The notes: a model not told the origin generated them from the sequence alone. 64,000 nucleotides of DNA from Candidatus Latescibacterota bacterium (GCA_965203355.1 OZ241889.1:3680001-3744000), one strand, 5' to 3'; shown: positions 47,768 to 58,458, counted from the first letter of the stretch. Translations and numbers: made by a program.

Positions 47768-48711
47768 GAAGATCGCTTCTCTTTAATCAAAATCAACTGA
47801 TCGGATTCTTTCTCTTTCGAGTTCCAAGGCGACACAGCCAACTTGTTCTTCTTTGCCGTCGGATCGTATTTGGGTTTATTCATCGGCCTCGTTTTCAACG
47901 TTCCGTTTATTGCGCTCTGAACCCTATCTCGGGCGATTTCAACATACTTACCTTCTGTCTCTGCTCCAACGCCGCGGCGGCTGTTTTTTATGGCAGCAAT
48001 AACAGAAGTACCCGTTCCAAGAAATGGGTCTAGTACCCAGTCACCCTCATTTGTCATTGACAGAACAAGCCGTTCAATCAGTTCGACTGGATACTGGCAA
48101 GGATGTTGGGTTTTTTCTATGTGATTGCTTTTAACATTTGGCACGTCCCAAATATCGCCTGGATTTTTTCCCAATGGATTACAAGAATACTGCCCGGCTT
48201 TCGGCCCCTTGAAGTACTTCTTAGCCGGGTACTTCTGCGGAACTCGCACTGGATCGAGATTAAAAACGTAATTCTTTGTTTTTTTAGTGAACCAATTTAT
48301 CGTTTCATAGCGTCCAGAAAATCTTCTAGAACAATGCAGGCCGTGTTCAAAGTGCCAAATAATTCTATTTCTCATAACGAGGTTTTGTTCTTGAAACATA
48401 GGAAAAAGAATGGTATCGAGAGGAATAATCGAACCATTATTAATGTAATTTCCCACTTGCCAACAAATACTGCCAGAGTTGGAAAGAACGCGGACGCATT
48501 CCCTTATTACTTCTCTTTGTTGTTTTAAGTAGATCTCAATATCAAGTCTTTTTTCGTATTCCTTACCTATGTTATACGGAGGCGATGTAACAATTAACTG
48601 TATTGAATTATCTGGAATGGACTTAAACAACTCTAGGCAATCCCCATAAAAAATTACTGCATGTTCCTCACAGTCAAATTTTTCCGCTACTTTGATATCT
48701 AAGCCGAACAT
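47764..48711 (-). CDS. Site-specific DNA methyltransferase (beta class, N4-C/N6-A)
   Basis: TSPPYN (motif IV) precedes VLDPFLGTGT (motif I); also HPCQYP. Confidence 0.92.
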   Translation of the reverse strand: MFGLDIKVAEKFDCEEHAVIFYGDCLELFKSIPDNSIQLIVTSPPYNIGKEYEKRLDIEIYLKQQREVIRECVRVLSNSGSICWQVGNYINNGSIIPLDTILFPMFQEQNLVMRNRIIWHFEHGLHCSRRFSGRYETINWFTKKTKNYVFNLDPVRVPQKYPAKKYFKGPKAGQYSCNPLGKNPGDIWDVPNVKSNHIEKTQHPCQYPVELIERLVLSMTNEGDWVLDPFLGTGTSVIAAIKNSRRGVGAETEGKYVEIARDRVQSAINGTLKTRPMNKPKYDPTAKKNKLAVSPWNSKEKESDQLILIKEKRSS

Positions 48712-48773
48712 CTTTTATTCTCCTCTTTCTCTAGCGCATAGATAACTTTTCGCAACGTTGTTTCTCTCCCAAC

Positions 48774-49685
48774 TTACCGCAACGCTTCCTGCAACCGCTC
48801 GAACAGACGATCTATTTCGGCACGTGTTTCCGCGTCGAGGGCATAGCTCAGAGGGCCGCGGTGAACTGGGTTGGGAAAGAGGCCGCGCTTGTGCATTAGA
48901 TAGCGCTCGACCACGATAAAGCCGTCCAAGCCCCCTTGAATCTGCAACGTACACAGGGCGCAGATGGGGAAGTAAATCTGGTACGCACGTGCTTCGTCGC
49001 CAGCGACGAGCGCACGCCACAAGGCCGTCGTGCCGTCGAGTAGATCAACGCCGGGAATGGTCCCGCGAATACCGCGGCGGAAAGAGTCAATAAGCAACAA
49101 TCCGCCGCTGCCTTCAAAGATGCCGGCCCGGCCCCCCGTGTGGTCGCGCAGGGCCGAAATGCAAGGTCCCAAAGGGGTTGCTTCGGGTTTGAAGAGGATG
49201 CGCTCGCCATAGTCGCGAAAGAGCGACGCTTGAAACTCAATGCTCATGGGATTGCCGACATACGAGCTGGCGTCTTGGATCATGACTGGGATGGAGACCT
49301 CGGCGAGCAAAGCGGCAAAATACGCACGCAACTCGCTTTCCCCCAAGGCGCGGGAAATGGGCGGAATGGCCATGACGGCGGCCGCACCGCCGTCTTCAGC
49401 CGCACGGGCGTAACGCCGGGCTTGGGCCGTGCCCTCGGCCCCAACGCCGATGATGACCGGGCCACGCCCTTGAGCGAACTCCACGAGCCGGGCCGGAAGC
49501 ACCAGCCGCTCGGCAGCCGTCAAGCGCAACAGGTCGGATACCAAAGCGAGGCAGAACCCGTGTGCTCCCGTCGCGAAAAGGTAATCGACTTCGTTGGCCA
49601 GTACGGTGTAATCAATGGCTTGGTCGTCGGTGTACGGCATGTGGACGACCGGCAGAACGTCTTTGATCTCGTAATTCATGGTCAT
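48774..49685 (-). CDS. Dihydrodipicolinate synthase family aldolase
   Basis: Pattern LT.AER...PVIIGV...GA..VMAIPP...PVMIQD...KPE; start trimmed to the ATG at 49685 or 49679. Confidence 0.8.
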   Translation of the reverse strand: MTMNYEIKDVLPVVHMPYTDDQAIDYTVLANEVDYLFATGAHGFCLALVSDLLRLTAAERLVLPARLVEFAQGRGPVIIGVGAEGTAQARRYARAAEDGGAAAVMAIPPISRALGESELRAYFAALLAEVSIPVMIQDASSYVGNPMSIEFQASLFRDYGERILFKPEATPLGPCISALRDHTGGRAGIFEGSGGLLLIDSFRRGIRGTIPGVDLLDGTTALWRALVAGDEARAYQIYFPICALCTLQIQGGLDGFIVVERYLMHKRGLFPNPVHRGPLSYALDAETRAEIDRLFERLQEALR

Positions 49686-50530
49686 AGGCTTCGGTGTGAC
49701 CGGCGCAGGATGGCAAAGAGCTGTTCGGCGATATCGTCGTTGGCGGCCGCCAAGAAGTGCCCGAATTTGCGGCGCTGAGTATAAGTCGGGCGGCGATGCT
49801 CCCCAACGTAGCAACGCGCTCCGGCTTCTTCGGCAATCAGCGACGGCGGGCCGACGTCATAGACTTCGACTTGGCGCGTCAGGTACGCGCACAGCGTCCC
49901 CTCGGCGATCTCGGTGAGGACCAATGCGGCGCCAATGGGACTTTCGCGCGGGATCAGCGCGGGGCGGGCAAGGGCCTGATAGGGGCGGGCTTTGGAGGAA
50001 ATGAAGACCTTGTTCGTGCGCGGTTCGCCAGGGAGCTGCAAGCACCGAGGGCGGCCATTGCCAACGCGCACAAAAGCACCCGCGCCCTTAACGGCCGTGA
50101 AAATTTTATCCTCCGAGGGCCGCGCGACAATCGCGGCTAGCATCTCGCCATCGCAAGCCAAACCGATCGCGATGTGATAGGGCGCGTCGCCCCGCTTGAA
50201 ATGCAAGGTGCCGTCAATGGGGTCGAGGATGACCGCATAAGGCGAGGTGTTGCCGACAAAGCGCTTTTTGAGCGGTGTGCGCTCCTCGGCAATGCAGCGC
50301 ACAAACGGGAAGTGCTGGAGCACAGCCGCGAGGAGGATGTCCTGCACGGCCGCGTCGAGCACCGTGAAAGCCGTGGAAGCGTCCTGCGCTTTGCGGCCGG
50401 TAAGGCTCTTGTCCGCAGCCTTGCCAATGTCGGCGACTTGCCCGTAGAAAATCAGCGAGGCGCGGGCGCACTGACCGACGACTGGCAACAGCGCGTCGAT
50501 AAAGTCGTCGGGGGCGATGTTTTCGGCCAT
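49682..50530 (-). CDS. Inositol monophosphatase family protein
   Basis: AEE, ILDPIDGTLHF and YD....LIAEEAG motifs. Confidence 0.85.
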   Translation of the reverse strand: MAENIAPDDFIDALLPVVGQCARASLIFYGQVADIGKAADKSLTGRKAQDASTAFTVLDAAVQDILLAAVLQHFPFVRCIAEERTPLKKRFVGNTSPYAVILDPIDGTLHFKRGDAPYHIAIGLACDGEMLAAIVARPSEDKIFTAVKGAGAFVRVGNGRPRCLQLPGEPRTNKVFISSKARPYQALARPALIPRESPIGAALVLTEIAEGTLCAYLTRQVEVYDVGPPSLIAEEAGARCYVGEHRRPTYTQRRKFGHFLAAANDDIAEQLFAILRRSHRSL

Positions 50531-50539
50531 AATACAAGC

Positions 50540-50583
50540 CCCGGTTTGTCGGGCAAATCGACCACTCGCCCCGACAAACCGGG
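50540..50583. terminator. Long GC-rich hairpin downstream of the molybdoenzyme gene
   Basis: CCCGGTTTGTCGGG ... CCCGACAAACCGGG 14-bp stem; weak U tract. Confidence 0.55.
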
Positions 50584-50595
50584 CGGTGCGGCTCC

Positions 50596-52902
50596 TCAGC
50601 CAGCCGCTACTTCTAGCGGCGGATGCAAGGCGGCGACGACTCGGTCTGGACTCATCGGCAGTTCACCGAGGCGGCAACCAATAGCGTCGTAGATGGCGTT
50701 GGCAATCGCGGCCATCGGCGGCACCAAGGGCACTTCGCCAACGCCGCGGATCCCGTGCGGGCTGGCCGGGTTGGGCACTTCGACCAAAATCGTCTCGATC
50801 AAGGGAATGTCAAAGGTCGTAGGCATCCGATAGTCGAGGAAGGTCGGGTTGGCCATCTGGCCATCGTCCGTGTAGAAGTAGCCCTCTGTGAGCGCCCAGC
50901 CAATGCCCTGCACGGCCCCGCCTTGGATCTGGCCCTCGACGTACGAGGGATGAATGGCCTTGCCCACGTCTTGCACGGCCGTGTAGCGCAAAATCTCGAC
51001 TTTGCCGGTGTCTGGATCGATCTCCACATCGACGATATGCACGGCAAAGGCATTGCCCGGACCGCCGGCGTTGATCGTGCCCTTGCCGGTGATCGGGCCG
51101 CCGGTGCTGCCCTGATTGGCGGCGACCTCCGCAAAGGTGAGCCGCTGCGTGGGATCGGACTTGCAGACAAAGCTGCCGTCCGCAAACTCGATATCGTCCT
51201 CGGCGACCTCTAGCTGCCGGGCAGCACGCCGGCACATTTCGGCCTTGACGTCTTCAGCCGCGTTGTAGCAGGCGTGGCCGGTGGCATAGCACACGCGGCT
51301 GCCACCAGTGCCGCCGGTAAAACCAATCGAGCTGGTGTCCGGGATCGAGGGGTTGACGTCCTCGGCCCGCAGGCCCAAGGTCTCGGCGACGATCATGGCC
51401 ATGGCGGCACGGCTACCGCCGATGTCAACCGAGCCTTCGGTGAGGTTGATCGTGCCGTTGTCGTTGACCGCAATGGCCGCCGAAGACATGCCACCGCCAT
51501 TAAACCAAAAGCCACTGGCCACGCCGCGCCCCCGATAAGGGCCTTCGAGCGGGCTGTGGTAGTGCTCCGAGTCCTGAGCAGCGCGCGTGGTTTCCTCGCA
51601 GCCGATCCGCTTGTACACCGTGCCATCGGCGCGGCGCGTCCCCTCTTTGGCCGCGTTCTGTAGCCGCATCTCCAGCGGGTCCACGCCGATCTTTTCGGCC
51701 AACTCGTCGATGACGCTTTCCGAGGCAAAGGCCGCATTGGGTGCCCCAGGCGCGCGGTAGGCCGAGGACTTGGGCTTGTTCACTACCACGTCGTACGCGT
51801 CGATGGTGACGTTGGCGATGTTGTAAGGCGCGAGAATGCACTGCGCCCCAGCCCCCACGGCCGAGCCGGGATAAGCCCCGGCCTCGTACGCCATGTAGCA
51901 GTGGGCCGCGGTGATGGTGCCGTCGTTTTTGGCCCCCATCTTAACCTTTATATAGGAACCAGGGGCCGGGCCAGTCCCCTGAAAGACCTCGGTGCGGCTC
52001 ATGATCATTTTGACCGGCTGGCCGGTTTTGTGCGACATAATGGCCGCGGCCGGCTCCATATAGGTGGGAAACTTGCCGCCGAAGCCGCCGCCGATTTCGC
52101 AGGGAATAACCTTGACCTTGGAGACTGGCACGTTGAGCACTTCCGACACCTGCGAGCGGATCTCAAACGGCCCTTGCGTGCTCACCCACACGGTGACGCT
52201 GCCGTCGTTCTTCCACCAGACAGTCGTGTTATGCGGCTCAATGTAACCTTGATGAATGGTCGCCGTGTGAAATTCGCGCTCGACGATCGCGTCGGCCTCG
52301 GCAAAACCCGCTGCGAGGTCGCCCATGGCGTGCTGGTTGTGCGTGGCGATATTGCTCTGCTTGCCCGTGTCCTCTCCGAGGGCACGCGTGGTGCGGTTTT
52401 CGTCGAGCAGCGGGGCATCGTCGCGCATGGCCTCGCGGACATCGACGACCGGCTCCAAGACCTTGTATTCGACCTCGATTAGGTCGAGGGCCTCTTCGGC
52501 GATGTGGGGGCTTACGGCGCAGACCGCGGCGACAGCGTGGCCGACGTAGAGCACCTTGTCCGAGGCCAGCGAGTTTTTGGCGATCTCGCGGACGTTGACG
52601 GTGGTTTCGCCGATGTTAGAGAGCTTATCCACGGTCTCGACCAAATCGTCGGCCGTGGCCACGGCGCGTACTCCGTCGAGCGCGAGGGCCTTGGAGGTGT
52701 CGATCGAGCGGATCTCGGCGTGGGGATGCGGGCTGCGCAGGACCTTGCCGTAGAGCAGCCCCGGCAAGCGCACGTCAGCCCCGTACACCGCCGCCCCGGT
52801 GACCTTATCGACGCCATCGTGGCGGATGGGGCGGGTGCCGATGACTTTGTACTTGCCGTCGGCTGTGTAGTTGGGATAATTTTTGCTGGAAAAAGCAGCC
52901 AT
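50596..52902 (-). CDS. Xanthine dehydrogenase/aldehyde oxidase family molybdopterin-binding subunit
   Basis: KVTGAAVY, RSPHPHA, GGGFGGK, AYRAPG, EGQIQGG and GVGE motifs. Confidence 0.92.
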   Translation of the reverse strand: MAAFSSKNYPNYTADGKYKVIGTRPIRHDGVDKVTGAAVYGADVRLPGLLYGKVLRSPHPHAEIRSIDTSKALALDGVRAVATADDLVETVDKLSNIGETTVNVREIAKNSLASDKVLYVGHAVAAVCAVSPHIAEEALDLIEVEYKVLEPVVDVREAMRDDAPLLDENRTTRALGEDTGKQSNIATHNQHAMGDLAAGFAEADAIVEREFHTATIHQGYIEPHNTTVWWKNDGSVTVWVSTQGPFEIRSQVSEVLNVPVSKVKVIPCEIGGGFGGKFPTYMEPAAAIMSHKTGQPVKMIMSRTEVFQGTGPAPGSYIKVKMGAKNDGTITAAHCYMAYEAGAYPGSAVGAGAQCILAPYNIANVTIDAYDVVVNKPKSSAYRAPGAPNAAFASESVIDELAEKIGVDPLEMRLQNAAKEGTRRADGTVYKRIGCEETTRAAQDSEHYHSPLEGPYRGRGVASGFWFNGGGMSSAAIAVNDNGTINLTEGSVDIGGSRAAMAMIVAETLGLRAEDVNPSIPDTSSIGFTGGTGGSRVCYATGHACYNAAEDVKAEMCRRAARQLEVAEDDIEFADGSFVCKSDPTQRLTFAEVAANQGSTGGPITGKGTINAGGPGNAFAVHIVDVEIDPDTGKVEILRYTAVQDVGKAIHPSYVEGQIQGGAVQGIGWALTEGYFYTDDGQMANPTFLDYRMPTTFDIPLIETILVEVPNPASPHGIRGVGEVPLVPPMAAIANAIYDAIGCRLGELPMSPDRVVAALHPPLEVAAG

Positions 52903-52982
52903 GAAACACTCCTTATTTAGGAATTGAGAATTCGCGATTCGTAATTTGAATGCGATAACTTACGGCGTCAAGTGAACCTTTT

Positions 52983-53702
52983 ATGACTATTCTTTGGCAA
53001 ATCCCGTCGGGCTGGCCGCGGCTCGGCGACGATGAAATCCACGTCTGGTGCGTCGAGTTGGACGCGGCCGGTGAAGGGGCCGCGCTCGCGGCTTGTCTAA
53101 GCGAAGAAGAGCGCGAGCGGGCGGGCGGTTTGCGCTCTGGTGCCCATCAGCGACGCTTTGTAGTGGCCCGGGGAATGTTGCGCCGCCTCTTGGGACGCTA
53201 CCTCGACCGAGATCCCGGCGCGGTAACTTTTTCACGCGGCGCACACGGCAAGCCCTTTCTGCAAGAGGGCGGGCTACATTTCAACGTGTCCCATACCCGC
53301 GAATTAGCGCTGTACGCGATAGCGCAAAGCCGCGAGGTCGGTGTCGATGTAGAGTGGATGCGGCCCCAAATCGCGCACGAGCCAATTGCCGCGCGCTTCT
53401 TTTCACTCGAAGAGCAAGAAGCGCTGGCGCAGGTGCCGGACGAAGAGCGACGAACCGCTTTTTACCACATCTGGACGCGCAAGGAAGCCTACGTCAAGGC
53501 GCGGGGCGACGGAATCGCCGCTGGCCTCGGCACCTTTGCGGTGTCACTTGGAGCGGCGGCCGCGCTTTTGCGCTCGGACGAGGGGCAAGACGAAGTAGAG
53601 CGGTGGAAGCTGATGGCACTGGAACCGGCGGACGGATACGCGGCGGCTTTGTGCGGGGCTGGCGTGGATTGGCGGCTGCGGAGTTGGCGCGGGCGGCCTT
53701 AG
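52983..53702 (+). CDS. Sfp-type 4'-phosphopantetheinyl transferase
   Basis: GKP, FNVSH, GVDVE and WTRKEAYVKARG motifs. Confidence 0.92.
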   Translation: MTILWQIPSGWPRLGDDEIHVWCVELDAAGEGAALAACLSEEERERAGGLRSGAHQRRFVVARGMLRRLLGRYLDRDPGAVTFSRGAHGKPFLQEGGLHFNVSHTRELALYAIAQSREVGVDVEWMRPQIAHEPIAARFFSLEEQEALAQVPDEERRTAFYHIWTRKEAYVKARGDGIAAGLGTFAVSLGAAAALLRSDEGQDEVERWKLMALEPADGYAAALCGAGVDWRLRSWRGRP

Positions 53703-53767
53703 ACGATCCGCCCGGGGGGCGACCTTTAGCGTTTCGGCCACTATTTAAAAAATCTGTCAGCAAGAAA

Positions 53768-54517
53768 TCAAATAATCCGCTGCGTCACCACGCCGTGCAG
53801 ATCCATCTCAAAGTCAATTGCTACAACCGGCGGCCGAGCATAGTGCCAACGCACCCCACCGCGCCGCACCGCACTCATCGCCGGCAGGAGAATCTCTTCG
53901 AGTAGGTCCGCCAAGGGATAGATGGTGTACACGTCAACCGCGTCGATCAGTGCCCACGTCCCGCCAAGGCCCGCGAGCCGCTCGCCCATAACCTGCGCCA
54001 CATAAGCGGCCTTCTCGCGCATGGCCGCGGGCGACCTATCGCCAGGGCGGATAATCCCCTCGGTCGCGAGGTGTCCCTCCCGCAACTCGCCCGCCCCGGC
54101 CACGATCAGGGTTTTGCGCTCAATCCGGCCGTTGGGAACCGCATAGGAAAAGGCGTACAGCGAAGGCACAGACGGCGGATCGCACGCGGGCGCGACGTTT
54201 GTCCGGGCCACCGGATTGAGCGCATCCACGTACAAACCCCACGCCCGCAAAACAGCGCAGTACTCGCGGTTGAAGTCGATAAATCCCGGCATGGTAAAAG
54301 GCGCGGGCGAGCGCAGCTCCATCGCGCAGAGCGAGACGCGGTCGCAGCCTTCGGCTGCCAGATGTGCGTCCACGCGCTCAAAGCCCTCGCGCCAAGGCCG
54401 CGGCTCGGCCAGCACGACGCGGACGATCTCCCAGCCCGGCTCGGCAACAACGCCACAGGAATAGGGGTCAATGCCGCGAAGAAAGCGATAGTGTCCTTTG
54501 GGATGTGCGATCAACAT
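53768..54517 (-). CDS. CnbZ-like protein (2-amino-5-chloromuconate deaminase-like), function uncertain
   Basis: From recall, YRFLRGIDPYS.GV.A.PG, CAMELRSP.PF, NPVARTNV.P and PPV...FEMD resemble the CnbZ family. Confidence 0.55.
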   Translation of the reverse strand: MLIAHPKGHYRFLRGIDPYSCGVVAEPGWEIVRVVLAEPRPWREGFERVDAHLAAEGCDRVSLCAMELRSPAPFTMPGFIDFNREYCAVLRAWGLYVDALNPVARTNVAPACDPPSVPSLYAFSYAVPNGRIERKTLIVAGAGELREGHLATEGIIRPGDRSPAAMREKAAYVAQVMGERLAGLGGTWALIDAVDVYTIYPLADLLEEILLPAMSAVRRGGVRWHYARPPVVAIDFEMDLHGVVTQRII

Positions 54518-54625
54518 GATGCCTCAAGGTCGCCCACGCCGTCCTAGGCGTCAAGGTCTCTTGCTGAAACGGACGCCTTATTTATATTCCCTTCCCTGCA
54601 ACCCAATCCCCAATTCCTAACTCCA

Positions 54626-55582
54626 ATGCCCTACAAAGTCCTGCTCCGCTCGGAAATCGAACCGTATCACACCATCGTCCCCATGATCGAGGAACGCGCC
54701 GAGATCGCGCACTGGAATCCGCTGCACCCACAGCCCCCGGCCGAACTGCTCCGCACCATCGAAGGCGTGTACAACTACGGCCACCACGCCTTCACCGCCG
54801 CATACATGGATCTCATGCCCGACCTCCGCGTCATCAGCAACTACGGCGTCGGCGTCGATCACATCGACCTCCAAGCCGCCCAAGAGCGCGGCATCCCCGT
54901 AGGCAACACGCCCAACGTCCTCGACGGCGCAACAGCCGACCTGACCTTCGCCTTGCTCTTGGCTGCGGCGCGCAACCTCATCCAAGGCGACCGTTTTGCG
55001 CGCGGCCCGGATTTTGTCGCCTACGATCCGAGTTTCATGCTGGGCCAAGAAGTCCACCACCAAGTCCTCGGCATCATCGGGTTGGGCAGCATCGGCTACC
55101 AAGTAGCGCGCCGCGCACTGGCCTTCGACATGACCGTCTTGTACCACAACCGCCAGCGCAATCCCAAGGCCGAAGCCGCCCTCGGAGTGCGCTACGTTGG
55201 GCTGGATGAGCTGCTCCGGCAGGCGGATTTCGTGGCCTTGAACATGCCGTTGACCGATCAGACGCGCGGCCTGATCGGTCGGCGCGAGCTGGGCCTGATG
55301 AAAAAGTCGGCCGTGCTGGTCAACGCCGCGCGCGGAGGCGTCGTCGATCACGACGCACTAGTAGAAACCCTGCAAAACGGCGGCCTCCACGCCGCCGCCC
55401 TCGACGTAACCGAACCCGAACCCCTCCCCCGCGACCACCCCCTGCTCGCATTGGACAACCTCGTTGTCATACCCCACCTAGGCAGCGCAACGCACCAGAC
55501 GCGCCAAGCCATGGCCGAGCGGTCGGTCGGCAACCTGCTAGCCGGGTTGGAGGGCCGAGAACTTTTGAGTCGCATCGTCTAA
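54626..55582 (+). CDS. D-2-hydroxyacid dehydrogenase (glyoxylate/hydroxypyruvate reductase-like)
   Basis: [30 protein letters not shown] and PHLGS motifs. Confidence 0.92.
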   Translation: MPYKVLLRSEIEPYHTIVPMIEERAEIAHWNPLHPQPPAELLRTIEGVYNYGHHAFTAAYMDLMPDLRVISNYGVGVDHIDLQAAQERGIPVGNTPNVLDGATADLTFALLLAAARNLIQGDRFARGPDFVAYDPSFMLGQEVHHQVLGIIGLGSIGYQVARRALAFDMTVLYHNRQRNPKAEAALGVRYVGLDELLRQADFVALNMPLTDQTRGLIGRRELGLMKKSAVLVNAARGGVVDHDALVETLQNGGLHAAALDVTEPEPLPRDHPLLALDNLVVIPHLGSATHQTRQAMAERSVGNLLAGLEGRELLSRIV

Positions 55583-55593
55583 AAAGGAGCACA

Positions 55594-56529
55594 ATGAGCA
55601 CCAATCACCACTACAAGGTCGCCATCATCGGCTCGGGTCCAGCCGGACTGACGGCCGCGCTGTACGCGGCCCGAGCCGACCTAGCCCCGCTGGTTCTCGA
55701 AGGCTTGCAGCCGGGCGGCCAGCTAACCATTACCACGGACGTAGAAAACTACCCAGGCTTTCCCGACGGCATCATGGGGCCAGAACTCGTCGATCGGATG
55801 CGCCAGCAGGCCCAGCGCTTTGGGGCCGAGTGCCAATTCAAAATTGCCACTGAAGTCGATTTGTCCAAGCGGCCTTTTGCCGTCACAAGCGACGACGACG
55901 CCTACACATGCGATGCCCTAATCATCGCCACCGGCGCGTCGGCGCGGCTCCTCGGCTTGGAATCCGAGACGCGGCTCATGGGGCACGGGGTCTCGGCCTG
56001 CGCCACCTGCGACGGCTTTTTCTTCCGCGACAAGGCGCTAGTCGTCGTCGGCGGCGGCGACTCGGCTATGGAGGAAGGAACCTACCTGACGAAATTCGCC
56101 TCCAAGGTCACCATCGTCCACCGCCGCGCCGAGTTCCGCGCCTCCAAAATCATGCTCAAGCGCGCACAGGACAACGACAAGATCGACTTCGTGGTCAACG
56201 CCACGGTCGCGGAAATTTTACAGGCGGACGACGAGTTGACCGTGCGCGGAGTCCGGCTCGCGGACACCCAAACGGGTCAGACCCGCGAATTCCCCTGCGA
56301 GGGCGTCTTTATGGCCATCGGCCACGTACCCAACTCCCAGCTTTTCGCCGGCGCGTTGGCCATGGACGAGCAAGGCTACATCCTCACCAAGCCGGATTCG
56401 ACCGCGACCGCCATCCCCGGCGTTTTCGCCTGCGGCGACGTCCAGGACGCCGCGTACCGCCAAGCCGTCACCGCGGCGGGCAGCGGATGTATGGCAGCGA
56501 TTGAAGCCGAGCGGTTCTTAGCGCATTGA
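55594..56529 (+). CDS. trxB: Thioredoxin-disulfide reductase
   Basis: GSGPAG, VENYPG, CATC, GGGDSA and YRQAVTAAG motifs. Confidence 0.96.
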   Translation: MSTNHHYKVAIIGSGPAGLTAALYAARADLAPLVLEGLQPGGQLTITTDVENYPGFPDGIMGPELVDRMRQQAQRFGAECQFKIATEVDLSKRPFAVTSDDDAYTCDALIIATGASARLLGLESETRLMGHGVSACATCDGFFFRDKALVVVGGGDSAMEEGTYLTKFASKVTIVHRRAEFRASKIMLKRAQDNDKIDFVVNATVAEILQADDELTVRGVRLADTQTGQTREFPCEGVFMAIGHVPNSQLFAGALAMDEQGYILTKPDSTATAIPGVFACGDVQDAAYRQAVTAAGSGCMAAIEAERFLAH

Positions 56530-56536
56530 GAAGTTC

Positions 56537-57307
56537 CTAACTCCCATCCCACAAGGCGCGGGTGATTTCGCCGAACTCGCGCGGCGTGACAGTGTACACG
56601 GGCTTGCTCTTGATCTTCTTGCTCAAACGGGCGAGAGCGGCGGCCGGGACGATCTGCTGGACTTGTTCTTGGCGGCGGGCAAAGAGGCTTTCCAAGACCT
56701 GCCGAAAAAACGCCTCGGACGGCACGGCAAACTTGGGCTTGGTGCGCTTGATGAGCACGAGCGCGCTATCGACTTCGGGGCGGGGCCAAAAGGCGTCTTT
56801 GCCCACCGACTCGATCCACTCTGCTTGGGCCAATCGCCCAACGGCGACCCCGATCCGACAATAGCCCTTTTGCCCGACCGGGGCACACAGCCGCTGGCCC
56901 AGCCGCTTGGGCAACATGAGCACGGCGCGCTCGAATCGCTGGTTTAGCAGCTTGAATACAATGGGCAGGGCCACTTGATACGGCAGATTGGCTACTACCT
57001 TGTCAAAACGCGGAAAATCCACGGCCAACGCATCGCCCCATAGTACCCTGAGATGCCCGTGCCGCCGCTGCAACGGCTTCAGACACCGAGCAAACTGGCG
57101 GTCTTGCTCTATCGCCACGACTTGCCCGGCGCGCGCTACCAAAAACTGCGTTAGATTGCCGATCCCAGCCCCGATCTCCAGCACCGTATCGCCGGCCGCA
57201 AGGTCGGCGCAAGCCACTGCCCGGCGCAGCACGGCCGGGTCGGCGAGAAAGTTTTGGCCGCGATTTTTCTTGGGGCGAATGGCGTAGCGAGTTAAGAGGG
57301 ATTGCAT
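56537..57307 (-). CDS. rsmA: 16S rRNA dimethyladenosine transferase
   Basis: GQNFL, EIGAGIG, ANLPY and F.P.P.VDS motifs. Confidence 0.88.
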   Translation of the reverse strand: MQSLLTRYAIRPKKNRGQNFLADPAVLRRAVACADLAAGDTVLEIGAGIGNLTQFLVARAGQVVAIEQDRQFARCLKPLQRRHGHLRVLWGDALAVDFPRFDKVVANLPYQVALPIVFKLLNQRFERAVLMLPKRLGQRLCAPVGQKGYCRIGVAVGRLAQAEWIESVGKDAFWPRPEVDSALVLIKRTKPKFAVPSEAFFRQVLESLFARRQEQVQQIVPAAALARLSKKIKSKPVYTVTPREFGEITRALWDGS

Positions 57308-57385
57308 TCGGATTATTCTGCGTCCGGGCGAATGCTGTTGAATTCGGGTTGTGTCAAGTAGCTAGCAACTCCTAAGGCCCAATGC

Positions 57386-58360
57386 TCAATCCCGAACTCG
57401 CAGGACGACCTTGCCGATATTGCGGTTTTGCCGCAGGATGTCTTGGGCGTCGGCCGCGCGCTCAATGGGCAACACATCCTCGATCACGGCTCTCATGCGC
57501 CCGGCGACTAGCAGGGGCCAGAAGCGTTTTTTGAAGGCCGCGATAATCGCGGTTTTCTCCTCGTCCGAGCGGCTGCGCAAAACCGAGCCGATCAGCCGCA
57601 GCCGCTTTCTCTGTAGCTCCAAGAGGTCAATCTGAGCCTCGGCACCAGTCAGAACGGCGATGATCACGAGGCGGCCACCGGACTTGAGCAGTTGCACATT
57701 GCGCGACAAATAGCCCGCTCCCGCGATGTCGAGGATCACATCAACGCCGTCGGTGTGGGCGAGAATGGCCTCGGCAAAATCCCGCTCCTTGTAATTGACC
57801 CCAAACTCCGCGCCCAACGCTAGACAGTACGCCACCTTGGCCTCCGTACCGGCCGTAACGATGGCCTTGGCCTCGGCTGCGCGGCACAGTTGCACCGCGG
57901 CCGTGCCGACGCCGCTGCCCCCGCCGTGAATGAGGGCCGTCTCGCCGGCGCGCAAGCCCGCTTCGCGGAACAAATTGACAAAAGCAGTGAGAAAAACTTC
58001 GCAGATGGCCGCGCCCCACGTGAAGTCGCGGTCGCCGGGCAGAGGCAGCAAGTGGGTGGCGGGTACGGCCACGCGCTCGGCGTACCCACCGCCAGAGAGC
58101 AGACCCAAGACGCGGTCGCCGGGCTGCCACTGCGTTACAGCCGCGCCGACAGCACCGACCACGCCCGCCATTTCCAAGCCCATGTAGGGCGAAGCACCCG
58201 GCGGCGGCGGGTAGTTGCCGACGCGCTGGAGGAGGTCGGCGCGATTGACGGCGGTGGCATGTATATCGACGAGCACCTCGCTTGGTCCACAGGGCGGCTC
58301 TGGGACCTCTTGCCAGCAGAGCGAGTGGTCCAAGTCGTTAGCTACGACGATGGCTTTCAT
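57386..58360 (-). CDS. NAD(P)H-quinone oxidoreductase (PIG3 family)
   Basis: VNRADLLQ, GLE, HGGGSGVG, GS.LR.R and GKVVL motifs. Confidence 0.9.
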   Translation of the reverse strand: MKAIVVANDLDHSLCWQEVPEPPCGPSEVLVDIHATAVNRADLLQRVGNYPPPPGASPYMGLEMAGVVGAVGAAVTQWQPGDRVLGLLSGGGYAERVAVPATHLLPLPGDRDFTWGAAICEVFLTAFVNLFREAGLRAGETALIHGGGSGVGTAAVQLCRAAEAKAIVTAGTEAKVAYCLALGAEFGVNYKERDFAEAILAHTDGVDVILDIAGAGYLSRNVQLLKSGGRLVIIAVLTGAEAQIDLLELQRKRLRLIGSVLRSRSDEEKTAIIAAFKKRFWPLLVAGRMRAVIEDVLPIERAADAQDILRQNRNIGKVVLRVRD

Positions 58361-58458
58361 GGTCTATAACTTTGACGTATCGAGCCGTAGGCCGCAAGTT
58401 TGACGCGCCAAGGGACAGGCGTACATTCTTAGGCCGCATTCAACAGAGCGCATCCAAC

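Noticed and set aside
50596-52902. Aerobic CO dehydrogenase CoxL
   Set aside because: The loop is AYRAPG, not AYxCSFR (form I) or AYRGAGR (form II), and there is no coxMS.
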